Assembly (NCBI GenBank): GCA_029286945.1
Contig: JAREIX010000028.1
Coordinates: 1 to 41,941 of the forward strand
Reading direction: 5' to 3'
DNA from: Thauera sp.
GTDB lineage: Bacteria; Pseudomonadota; Gammaproteobacteria; Burkholderiales; Rhodocyclaceae
DNA length: 41,941 bases
This document shows positions 19,078-27,383 of this stretch, piece by piece. Every line of letters begins with the position of its first letter. The first letter of the stretch is position 1. The notes under the pieces were generated by a model, which saw only the letters and a program-made list of their open reading frames with translations, searched no databases and was not told the origin of the DNA. The position numbers and the translations under genes are program-made.

Positions 19078-19099
19078 GTAGAATGCCGGGCCATTCTAC
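19078..19099. promoter_or_regulatory. Symmetric pair of -10 elements, bidirectional promoter candidate
   Basis: gtagaatg-ccgggc-cattctac: TAGAAT on + (19079-19084) and on - (19098-19093). Confidence 0.5.
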
Positions 19100-19146
19100 A
19101 CGGGCCGGTTTCATGCGGATGACGGCCCTCCGAGCTCGAGTTCCAC

Positions 19147-20496
19147 ATGCACATTCACATCCTGGGTATCTGCGGCACCTTCATGGGGGGCGTCGCGCTG
19201 CTGGCGCGCGCGGCCGGGCACAAGGTCACCGGCTGCGACGCCAACGTCTATCCGCCGATGAGCACCCAGCTCGAGGAACAGGGGATCGGCCTGGTCGAGG
19301 GCTACGACGCCGCGCAGGTCGATCTGGCGCCGGACGTGTTCGTGGTCGGCAACGCCGTCTCGCGCGGCAATCCGCTGCTCGAGGCCATCCTCGACCGCGG
19401 TCTGCCCTACGTGTCCGGGCCGCAGTGGCTGGCCGAGCACGTGCTGGCCGGGCGCTGGGTGCTGGCGGTGGCAGGCACGCATGGCAAGACGACCACGACC
19501 TCGCTGCTGGCCTGGATGCTGGAGGACGCGGGGCTCAACCCGGGCTTCCTGGTCGGCGGCGTGCCGCAGAACTTCGGCGTGTCGGCGCGGCTGACCGAGT
19601 CGCCCTTCTTCGTCATCGAGGCCGACGAGTACGACACCGCCTTCTGCGACAAGCGTTCGAAGTTCGTGCATTACCGCCCGCGCACCGCGATCCTCAACAA
19701 CCTCGAGTTCGACCACGCCGACATCTTCGCCGACCTGGCGGCGATCGAGACGCAGTTCCATCACCTGGTGCGCACGATCCCGGCGAGCGGACGTATCGTC
19801 GCCAATGGCCGCGAGGACAGCCTCAGGCGCGTCGTCGCGCGCGGCTGCTGGTCGGAGCTGGAGTGGTTCAACGATGCCGCGCAGTGGTCGGTGACGACCG
19901 GGGCGTCGGAGGCCGAGGCGGTGTTCAGCCTCGGCGGCGTGGAGCAGGGGCGGGTGGCGATGCCGCTTGCCGGCAGCCACAACCGCGAGAACGCGCTCGC
20001 CGCGATCGCCGCCGCGCGCCATGTCGGCGTCACCCCGGCGCAGGCGATCGCCAGCCTGGGACGCTTCCAGGGCATCAAGCGGCGGCTGGAGCTGCGCGGC
20101 GTCGTTGACGGGGTCAGCGTCTATGACGACTTCGCCCATCACCCGACCGCGATCGCGCTCACCGTCGGCGGCCTGCGCCGGCGCGAGCCGGCCGGGCGCA
20201 TCCTGGCCGTGCTCGAGCCGCGCTCGAACACGATGAAGCTCGGCGTCATGAAGGCCCAGCTGCCGGCCAGCCTCGGCGAGGCGGACGCGGTGTTCTGCTA
20301 CGGTGCCGGACTGGGCTGGGATGCCGGCGAGGCGCTGGCGCCGCTCGGTGCGCGCGCACGCGCGTACGCTGCGCTCGATGCGCTGGTGACGGACGTCGTC
20401 GCCACTGCGCGCGCGGGCGATCACATCCTGGTGATGAGCAACGGCGGCTTCGGCGGCGTGCATCAGAAGCTGCTCGACGCACTCGCCGCGCGCTGA
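19147..20496 (+). CDS. mpl: Murein peptide ligase
   Basis: [51 protein letters not shown]. Confidence 0.97.
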   Translation: MHIHILGICGTFMGGVALLARAAGHKVTGCDANVYPPMSTQLEEQGIGLVEGYDAAQVDLAPDVFVVGNAVSRGNPLLEAILDRGLPYVSGPQWLAEHVLAGRWVLAVAGTHGKTTTTSLLAWMLEDAGLNPGFLVGGVPQNFGVSARLTESPFFVIEADEYDTAFCDKRSKFVHYRPRTAILNNLEFDHADIFADLAAIETQFHHLVRTIPASGRIVANGREDSLRRVVARGCWSELEWFNDAAQWSVTTGASEAEAVFSLGGVEQGRVAMPLAGSHNRENALAAIAAARHVGVTPAQAIASLGRFQGIKRRLELRGVVDGVSVYDDFAHHPTAIALTVGGLRRREPAGRILAVLEPRSNTMKLGVMKAQLPASLGEADAVFCYGAGLGWDAGEALAPLGARARAYAALDALVTDVVATARAGDHILVMSNGGFGGVHQKLLDALAAR

Positions 20497-20564
20497 CGCG
20501 GCCCGCCGCCGCGGGGCGGGCTGGCGGCTGACGGACCGCCCTGCGTGGGGCTGGCCGGTGCGGC

Positions 20565-21242
20565 TTACTGGCGGCGTGCGCCGGTCGGGTTGTCGAGGCG
20601 GCGCGCGTCCTCGTCGCTGATGTATTCGAACACCCGCACCACCTTGCGCACCCCCTTGCTGGTGCGCGCGACTTCGGCGGCGGCGTCGGCCTCGGTGCGG
20701 GTGACGATGCCCATCAGGAACACCACGTTGGCCTCGGTGACGACCTTCACGTTGTGCGCCGAGAAGCGTCCGGCATCGACGAAGCGGGCCTTGACGTTGG
20801 AGGTGATCAACGCATCGTTGCCACGGGCGGTCAGCGCGGAGTTCGGACCGACCACGACCTCGTTGATGACCCCGCGCACATGCTCGACCCCGGCGACGAT
20901 GCCGTCGAGCTGGCCGCGCACGGTGTCGCTGGGCACCTCGCCGGTGAGCAGGACGTTGCGGTTGTAGGACGTGACGTTCACGTGGACGCTGTTGCCGAGG
21001 CGCTCGCTGATGCGGTTGGACACCTTCCACTCGATGCTCTCGTCCTCGACGTAGGTGCCGCTGGTGCGGCGGTCGGAGACCATGGCCGCCCCCGCGCCGA
21101 CGCCGGTGGCGACGACCGGGAAGCAGCCCTGCACCAGCGGCAGCAGCGCCGCCGCGCCAAGGCCGAGCAGCAGGCTGCGGCGCGAGGCACGCGCGCGTTC
21201 CGGGGTGCTTGCGATGCTGGAGATAGGGCGCAGGGTCTTCAT
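20565..21242 (-). CDS. dolP: Dual-BON-domain lipoprotein (DolP/YraP-like)
   Basis: Lipobox VQGC, DRRTSG, two BON domains (VLLTGEV, VFLMGIVT); 1-nt overlap with the upstream stop. Confidence 0.88.
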   Translation of the reverse strand: MKTLRPISSIASTPERARASRRSLLLGLGAAALLPLVQGCFPVVATGVGAGAAMVSDRRTSGTYVEDESIEWKVSNRISERLGNSVHVNVTSYNRNVLLTGEVPSDTVRGQLDGIVAGVEHVRGVINEVVVGPNSALTARGNDALITSNVKARFVDAGRFSAHNVKVVTEANVVFLMGIVTRTEADAAAEVARTSKGVRKVVRVFEYISDEDARRLDNPTGARRQ

Positions 21243-21835
21243 CAGTCTTCCACTCCGAGTAACAGACAGTCGATACCGTCGCACAGGCAATGCAGGATCA
21301 GCAAGTGCAGTTCCTGGATGCGCGCGGTGCGATCGGCGGGGGCGCCGAGCAGGATGTCGCCCGGTGCGAGGGCCTCGGCGATGCGACCACCGTCGGCGCC
21401 GGTGAGGGCGATCACCCGCATGTCGCGTTCATGGGCGGCGGCGATCGCGCCCAGCACGCGCGCCGAGCCGGGGTTGGTCGACAGCGTGACGAGGATGTCG
21501 CCCGGATGGCCGAAGGCCGCGATCTGGCGTGCGAAGAGGGCCTGGGGATCGAGCTCCGCCGCCACCGGTGCCAGCGTCGAGGTGTCGGCGCTGAGCGCCA
21601 GCGCGGCGAGCGCCGGGCGTTCGAGCTCGAAGCCATTGACCAGCTGCGCGGCGAAGCGGCGCGCGTCGCCGGCCGACCCGCTGCCGCCGCACACCAGCAC
21701 CTTGCCGCTGTCGAGCAGGCTCGCGGTGATGAGCTCGACCGCGCCGGCGATCGGCGCGGCGAGCAGCTCGAGCGCCTCGAGCGAGGCGCGCATGTTGTCC
21801 TCGAACTGGTGCGAGATGCGGTCGATGAGATTCAT
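21242..21835 (-). CDS. SIS-domain GmhA/DiaA-family protein with degenerate catalytic motifs
   Basis: GKVLVCGGSGSAGDA, FELERPALAALAL, FARQI, ARIQELH..ILHCLCDGID; occupies the diaA position between yraN and dolP. Confidence 0.85.
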   Translation of the reverse strand: MNLIDRISHQFEDNMRASLEALELLAAPIAGAVELITASLLDSGKVLVCGGSGSAGDARRFAAQLVNGFELERPALAALALSADTSTLAPVAAELDPQALFARQIAAFGHPGDILVTLSTNPGSARVLGAIAAAHERDMRVIALTGADGGRIAEALAPGDILLGAPADRTARIQELHLLILHCLCDGIDCLLLGVED

Positions 21836-21879
21836 GCGGGTCGGGTCGGCTGCAGGGCGCTGGAGTCTAGCATGGCGGG

Positions 21880-22368
21880 TCAACCGGCATCGAAGGCGCC
21901 CGGTAACCAAGTGATTCGGTCCGCATCGAGGGCGTCGAGCAGCACCGCGTCGAAACGGCAGGCGGCGCCCGCGAAGCGCCGCCCGGCGCCGCCGAGCCAC
22001 CACTGGGCGGCGATCAGCACGCGGCGGCGCTTGGCGGCGGTGATGCTCTCGGCCGCCCCGCCGTAGCGCAGGTTGCTGCGCAGGCGGACCTCGACGAACA
22101 CCACGTGTGCGCGATCGAGGCAGATCAGGTCGACCTCGCCGCCGCGGCAGCGCACGTTGCGGGCGACGATGCGCAGCCCGCGCGCGGCCAGGTGCGCCGC
22201 GGCGAGGGCCTCGGCGGCGGCGCCGCGCGCTTGCGCCGGCGTCCGGCGTGCGCCGATACTGTCGGCCCCGTCCGCGGCAGTCGCGGACGCAGACCGTCCC
22301 CCGCCCGCCCGTCCGGGGCTTGCAGCGCGCGCGGCTCGGCGCCGAGCCGCAAAGTCGAAGTCATCCAT
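21880..22368 (-). CDS. yraN: YraN (UPF0102) family putative endonuclease
   Basis: [26 protein letters not shown]; nearest canonical start is ATG 22368. Confidence 0.88.
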   Translation of the reverse strand: MDDFDFAARRRAARAASPGRAGGGRSASATAADGADSIGARRTPAQARGAAAEALAAAHLAARGLRIVARNVRCRGGEVDLICLDRAHVVFVEVRLRSNLRYGGAAESITAAKRRRVLIAAQWWLGGAGRRFAGAACRFDAVLLDALDADRITWLPGAFDAG

Positions 22369-23254
22369 GTCTGCCACCGTCTCCCTTCCCGATCGTCCGC
22401 TCTCTAGTACGCCGTCATTGTATGTGGTGGCGACGCCGCTCGGTAACCTGCATGACATGACGCTGCGCGCGCTCGCCGTGCTCGGCGCGGTCGACGTGGT
22501 CGCGGCCGAGGACACCCGCCACAGCCAGCGCCTGCTCGACGCCTACGGCCTCAAGGTGCGCATGACGGCGGTGCATCAGCACAACGAGCAGGCGGCGGCG
22601 GGGCTGCTCATCGAACATCTGGTCGCGGGGCGCCATGTGGCGCTGATCACCGACGCGGGCACGCCGGCGGTCTCGGATCCCGGCGCGCGCCTGGTTGCAC
22701 GCGTGCGCGAGGCCGGTCATCCGGTGGTGCCGCTGCCCGGGCCCTGCGCCGCGGTGGCGGCCCTGTCGGTGTCGGGCTTCGCCGAGGGCGGCTTCCGTTT
22801 CGTCGGCTTCCTGCCCGCCAAGGGCGGCGCGCGGCGGGCGGCGCTCCTGGCGCTGCGCGACGAGCGCGACGCGATGGTGTTCTACGAGGCGCCGCACCGC
22901 ATCCTCGAGTGCATCGCGGACATGACCACGGTCTTCGGGGGCGCGCGCGAGATCCTGATCGCGCGCGAGATGACCAAGCTGCACGAGCAGATCGTGCGCA
23001 TGCCGCTCGCCGCCACCGCGGACTGGTTCGCCGCCGACGCCAACCGGATGCGTGGCGAGTTCGTCCTCGTGCTTGCGGGGGCGCCGGCCGGGGAGGGGCT
23101 GGATGCCGAGGTGCTGCGCGTGCTCGACCTGCTGCTCGCCGAGCTGCCGGTGAGGACGGCGGCGAGCCTTGCCGCCGAGATCACCGGCGCCCCGCGCAAG
23201 GCGCTCTATGCGCAGGCCCTCGCCGCCCGCCGCGAGGAGCCGGACGCGGGGTGA
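22367..23254 (+). CDS. rsmI: 16S rRNA (C1402) 2'-O-methyltransferase
   Basis: [48 protein letters not shown]. Confidence 0.95.
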   Translation: MSATVSLPDRPLSSTPSLYVVATPLGNLHDMTLRALAVLGAVDVVAAEDTRHSQRLLDAYGLKVRMTAVHQHNEQAAAGLLIEHLVAGRHVALITDAGTPAVSDPGARLVARVREAGHPVVPLPGPCAAVAALSVSGFAEGGFRFVGFLPAKGGARRAALLALRDERDAMVFYEAPHRILECIADMTTVFGGAREILIAREMTKLHEQIVRMPLAATADWFAADANRMRGEFVLVLAGAPAGEGLDAEVLRVLDLLLAELPVRTAASLAAEITGAPRKALYAQALAARREEPDAG

Positions 23255-23305
23255 CCGAGGCCCGCCGGCTGTGGCGGCAGGCGGCCGAAGGCGGGCCGGA
23301 GCGCC

Positions 23306-23311
23306 TATAAT
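23306..23311 (+). promoter_or_regulatory. sigma70 -10 element of pyrC
   Basis: TATAAT 27 nt upstream of the pyrC ATG, with RBS gagg between. Confidence 0.55.
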
Positions 23312-23337
23312 CCCGGGTTCCAACGAGGACCCGCTCC

Positions 23338-24387
23338 ATGCAATCGATTACCCTTGTCCGCCCCGACGACTGGCACCTCCACGTGCGCGACGACGCCGCG
23401 CTCGAGGCGGTGGTGCCCCATACCGCCGCGCGTTTCGGGCGCGCGCTGATCATGCCCAACCTCAAGCCGCCGGTCACCACGACCGCGCAGGCGCTGGCCT
23501 ACCGGCAGCGGATCCTGGCCGCGGCGCGCGGCACCGGCTTCCAGCCGCTGATGAGCCTGTACCTCACCGACAACCTGCCGGCGGACGAGATCGATCGCGC
23601 CCGCGACAGCGGTCACGTCATCGCCTGCAAGCTCTATCCGGCGGGGGCGACGACCAACTCCGACGCTGGCGTCACCGCGATCGACAAGGTCTATCCGGTG
23701 CTCGAGCGCATGGAGAAGCTCGGCATGGTCCTGTGCGTCCATGGCGAGGCGACCGGCGCCGATGTCGACGTGTTCGACCGCGAGCGCGTCTTCATCGAGC
23801 GCACCCTGTCGCCGCTGGTGCGCCGCTTCCCGGGGCTGAAGGTGGTGTTCGAGCACATCACCACCGCCGAGGCGGCGCAGTTCGTGCGCGCCGCCGGCGC
23901 CAACGTGGCGGCGACGGTGACCGCGCATCACCTGCTGCTCAACCGCAACGCGATGTTCGCCGGCGGCATCCGGCCGCACCATTACTGTCTGCCGGTGCTC
24001 AAGCGCGAAACCCATCACGAGGCGCTGGTGTCCGCGGTCACCTCGGGCAATCCGCGCTTCTTCCTCGGTACCGACTCCGCGCCGCATGCGCAGAGCACCA
24101 AGGAGAGCGCCTGCGGCTGCGCCGGCTGCTACACCGCGCACGCCGGCATCGAGCTCTATGCGGAGGTCTTCGATGCGGCGGGCGCGCTCGACCGTCTGGA
24201 AGCCTTCGCCAGCCTGAACGGCCCGGCGTTCTATGGCCTGGCGCCGAACGCCGACACCATCACGCTGCGCCGCGAGGCCTGGGGCGTGCCGGCGAGCTAC
24301 CCCTATCTCGGCGACGACCCCCTGGTGCCGCTGCGCGCGGGCGAGCAGGTGGCGTGGAAGCTGGTCGCGTCGGGAGTGGGCGCGTGA
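23338..24387 (+). CDS. pyrC: Dihydroorotase
   Basis: [39 protein letters not shown]. Confidence 0.97.
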   Translation: MQSITLVRPDDWHLHVRDDAALEAVVPHTAARFGRALIMPNLKPPVTTTAQALAYRQRILAAARGTGFQPLMSLYLTDNLPADEIDRARDSGHVIACKLYPAGATTNSDAGVTAIDKVYPVLERMEKLGMVLCVHGEATGADVDVFDRERVFIERTLSPLVRRFPGLKVVFEHITTAEAAQFVRAAGANVAATVTAHHLLLNRNAMFAGGIRPHHYCLPVLKRETHHEALVSAVTSGNPRFFLGTDSAPHAQSTKESACGCAGCYTAHAGIELYAEVFDAAGALDRLEAFASLNGPAFYGLAPNADTITLRREAWGVPASYPYLGDDPLVPLRAGEQVAWKLVASGVGA

Positions 24388-24815
24388 TGCGCGCGAGGCG
24401 GGCGGCGCGCGTGCTCGCCGCGGCCGCGCTGCTGGGCGTGCTCGCGGGCTGCGAGAACAGCGCTACCTCGTACATGATCGACGGTAGTCAGCATGCGCTG
24501 ATCCTGGTGCGGGAGCAGAAGTTCTTCTGGGACGACGAGCTCGGTCAGGCGGTGGTGGTGTCGCGCCTGCCGGCGTGCCAGAAGCGCGTCCGCATCCATC
24601 CGGGGGCGGTGGACCTGGTCGAGATGAAGGTCTACACCGCGGGTGACGGCCTGTGGGCGCTGCATCAGGGCAGCCGCTGGTACCTCGCCGGCACCGAGGA
24701 GTGTCGCCTGCAGGACTGGGACAACCCCGGCAACCAGCCGCCGGGCAAGCTGGTCGGAAGCTTCGTGCTCAAAGACGGTGCCCCAGCCTTCGTGCCGGCT
24801 CCAGCGGCAAACTGA
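24387..24815 (+). CDS. Hypothetical lipoprotein
   Basis: TGATG overlap with pyrC; signal peptide with lipobox LAGC; 142 aa with host-like codon usage. Confidence 0.8.
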   Translation: MRARRAARVLAAAALLGVLAGCENSATSYMIDGSQHALILVREQKFFWDDELGQAVVVSRLPACQKRVRIHPGAVDLVEMKVYTAGDGLWALHQGSRWYLAGTEECRLQDWDNPGNQPPGKLVGSFVLKDGAPAFVPAPAAN

Positions 24816-24841
24816 GCCGGACGGTGGCGCGCCGACCTGCG

Positions 24842-24847
24842 TATAAT
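24842..24847 (+). promoter_or_regulatory. -10 element of rnpB
   Basis: TATAAT 7 nt before the P1 5' strand. Confidence 0.7.
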
Positions 24848-24854
24848 CGTCGGC

Positions 24855-25390
24855 GGGAAGTTCGCCAGGCAGTCGCTGCGCGCCATGTCGCGCGTGGAGG
24901 AAAGTCCGGGCCCCGCAGAGCAGGATGCCGGCTAACGGCCGGGCGCCGTGAGGCGACGGAAAGTGCAACAGAGAGCAGACCGCCGATGGCCGCGAGGCGG
25001 CAAGGCCTCCCTCCTGAAGAGGAGGGCGTTCCGCGGTACGAGAGTGCCGCTGGGACGGGAGGCTGGCGCGCAAGCGCCAGCGGCCGGCGCGGCGAACGCC
25101 GCGTCGGCCGGCACAGGCAAGGGTGAAACGGTGTCGTGGCGTGCGCAAGCGCGGCGCGGGCCGGTGCGAGAGTGCCGGCGGGTAAGAGCCCACCGCAGGA
25201 CTGGCAACAGGACTGGCACGGTAAACCCCATCCGGGGCAAGGCCAAATAGGGGAGCATCGGCGTGGCTCGCGTCGCTCCCGGGTAGGCTGCTAGAGCGTC
25301 ACGGTAACGTGTCGCCCAGAGGAATGACTGCCCGATGTCGCCGGCTCGCCGGCGGCGTTCGACAGAACCCGGCTTATCGGCGAACTTCCC
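24855..25390 (+). ncRNA. rnpB: RNase P RNA, bacterial type A, with large insertions (about 536 nt)
   Basis: P1 gggaagttcgcc/ggcgaacttccc; conserved GAGGAAAGTCC, GAAAGTGCAACAGA, GGGTGAAA, GGTAAAC..GCAAGGCCAAAT, AGAGGAATGACTG, ACAGAACCCGGCTTAT. Confidence 0.97.
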
Positions 25391-25644
25391 CACTTCCCCA
25401 CACCGTTTCATCCTCGCGGCCCCTCGTCCGCGGTCCGGCGCTGCGTTTCTGCGTGCCGGCGGTCCGGCCGCAGCGCCGTTTTGGGCCCGATTTCCCACTC
25501 TCTCCCACTTCGGCCTTCGCCGCGCCCGGGTTCGCGCAACGCGTGAGCCCGAATTGCCATCGTCCTTGATTTTTCAGGATTTATTGCCTTGCCGGTGTTG
25601 TGACATAAGTCATTGTGTCACAACGAGATTCCGCTCGAGCTGCC

Positions 25645-25673
25645 TTGACCGGGCATTGCCTTTCCACTAAAGT
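25645..25673 (+). promoter_or_regulatory. dcw operon (mraZ) promoter
   Basis: TTGACC (25645-25650), 17-nt spacer, TAAAGT (25668-25673). Confidence 0.75.
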
Positions 25674-25706
25674 GGGTTTAAGTGGAAAAAAGTGGGGAAA
25701 AGTGTC
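25670..25706 (+). promoter_or_regulatory. MraZ operator, direct repeats at 10-bp period
   Basis: aaGTGGG, aaGTGGA, aaGTGGG, aaGTGTC with cores at 25672, 25682, 25692, 25702, overlapping the -10 and start site. Confidence 0.85.
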
Positions 25707-25741
25707 ATTCAGATGCTTTTCCGATGCCGTCAGGGGGGACG

Positions 25742-26185
25742 ATGTTCCAGGGAGCCACCGCGCTCAATCTCGATGCCAAGGGTCGCCTTGCGATTCCGGC
25801 GCGGCATCGTGACGCCCTGGCCGTCGACAACGGGCAGATCGTGCTGACCGCCCATCCTCATGGCTGCTGCCTCGTCTATCCCGTTCCGGCCTGGATTCCG
25901 ATTCGCGATCAGGTGCTCGCGGCGCCCGGCCTGGACCCGCAGTCCGCGATGTTCAAGCGCCTGCTGGTGGGTTTCGCGCAGGACGAAACGCTCGACGCCG
26001 CCGGCCGCGTGCTGGTCGCGCCGTCGCTGCGCAAGTTCGCCAAGCTCGACAAGCAGGTGTGGCTGATCGGGCAGGGTACGCATTTCGAGCTCTGGTCCGA
26101 CGAGGGCTGGGAGAAGCAGCAGGAGGCGATGCTCGACCTGGTCAATACCGGGTTGCCGCCCGGGTTCGAGAGCCTGGCGCTGTGA
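25742..26185 (+). CDS. mraZ: Division/cell wall cluster transcriptional repressor
   Basis: [19 protein letters not shown] and LDAAGR (two DxxGR motifs). Confidence 0.96.
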   Translation: MFQGATALNLDAKGRLAIPARHRDALAVDNGQIVLTAHPHGCCLVYPVPAWIPIRDQVLAAPGLDPQSAMFKRLLVGFAQDETLDAAGRVLVAPSLRKFAKLDKQVWLIGQGTHFELWSDEGWEKQQEAMLDLVNTGLPPGFESLAL

Positions 26186-27120
26186 GTGCGGCGCAGCAGC
26201 ATGTCAGCGTCCTGCTTGCCGAGGCAGTCGACGCGCTCGCGATCCGTGCCGACGGCATTTATGTCGACGGCACCTTCGGGCGCGGAGGGCACAGCCGGGC
26301 GGTGCTCGAGCGGCTCGGGCCGGCGGGGCGACTGATCGCATTCGACCGCGACCCGGCGGCGATCGCGGCAGGGCGGGCGCTCAACGATCCGCGGCTGACG
26401 CTGGTGCATTCGGCCTTCAGCGCGCTCGACGCGGAGCTCGAGCGCCTCGGCGTGGTGGCGGTGGATGGGGTTTTGCTGGATCTGGGGGTGTCGTCACCCC
26501 AACTGGACGATGCGGCGCGGGGCATGAGCTTTCGCTTCGACGCCCCGCTCGACATGCGCATGGACACCAGCCGCGGGCAGACCGTGGCGGATTGGCTGGC
26601 GGACGCTTCCGTCGGCCAGATCACGGAGGTACTCAGGGATTATGGAGAGGAACGGTTTGCTCATGCGATTGCAAAGGCGATTGCAGCTGCTCGGACAGGG
26701 GGGCTTGTCGCAACCACTGGACAACTTGCCGCGATCGTGGAGAAAGCGGTCCGCACACGCGAGCCGGGGCAGCACCCGGCGACACGCTCCTTCCAGGCTC
26801 TTCGGATTTTCATCAATCAGGAACTCGAGGAGCTGACGCGTGTGCTGCCGGACTGCGTGGCCCGCCTGCGCACGGGCGGGCGGCTCGCGGTGATCAGCTT
26901 CCACTCGCTCGAGGATCGCATCGTGAAGCGCTTCATGCGTGACGAGTCGCGCCCGCCGGTGCTGCCGCGCCGGCTGCCGATCAGGGCGGCGGATCTGCCC
27001 GCGCCGCGCCTGCAACTCGTCGGCAAGGCGCTGCGCCCGGGCGAGGCCGAGGTCGCCGCCAACCCGCGTGCGCGCAGCGCGGTGATGCGCGTGGCCGAAC
27101 GCACGGAGGCGCCGGCATGA
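26182..27120 (+). CDS. rsmH: 16S rRNA (C1402) N4-methyltransferase
   Basis: GTG start overlapping mraZ stop; [40 protein letters not shown]. Confidence 0.96.
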   Translation: MSAAQQHVSVLLAEAVDALAIRADGIYVDGTFGRGGHSRAVLERLGPAGRLIAFDRDPAAIAAGRALNDPRLTLVHSAFSALDAELERLGVVAVDGVLLDLGVSSPQLDDAARGMSFRFDAPLDMRMDTSRGQTVADWLADASVGQITEVLRDYGEERFAHAIAKAIAAARTGGLVATTGQLAAIVEKAVRTREPGQHPATRSFQALRIFINQELEELTRVLPDCVARLRTGGRLAVISFHSLEDRIVKRFMRDESRPPVLPRRLPIRAADLPAPRLQLVGKALRPGEAEVAANPRARSAVMRVAERTEAPA

Positions 27121-27383
27121 TCCGCGCCGATGCCGTCCTCGTGGCCCTGGTCGTCGCCAGTGCGCTCGGCGTCGTCGCCGCGCAGCACCAGGCGCGCCGG
27201 CTGTATGCCGAATACGAACGCGAGCAGGCGCGCGCGCAGGCGCTCGAGGTCGAGTGGGGCCAGCTGCAGCTCGAACAGAGCACCTGGGCCACCCATGGCC
27301 GGGTCGAGAAGCTGGCACGGGAAAGACTCGGCATGCGCCTGCCGCCGGCCGGGCAGGTGCTCGTCGTGGAGCCGCAATCATGA
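27117..27383 (+). CDS. ftsL: Cell division protein FtsL
   Basis: TM plus coiled coil with [11 protein letters not shown]; position between rsmH and ftsI. Confidence 0.92.
   Translation: MIRADAVLVALVVASALGVVAAQHQARRLYAEYEREQARAQALEVEWGQLQLEQSTWATHGRVEKLARERLGMRLPPAGQVLVVEPQS

Noticed and set aside
24989-25179. CRISPR array, IS or self-splicing intron within rnpB
   Set aside because: No regular repeat-spacer pattern, terminal repeats, transposase, or group I/II core
25566-25579. FNR box upstream of mraZ
   Set aside because: Only the TTGAT half matches; the second half is not ATCAA at the right spacing
24653-25670. ORFs across the rnpB region
   Set aside because: Explained by the RNase P RNA and promoter DNA; no protein motifs
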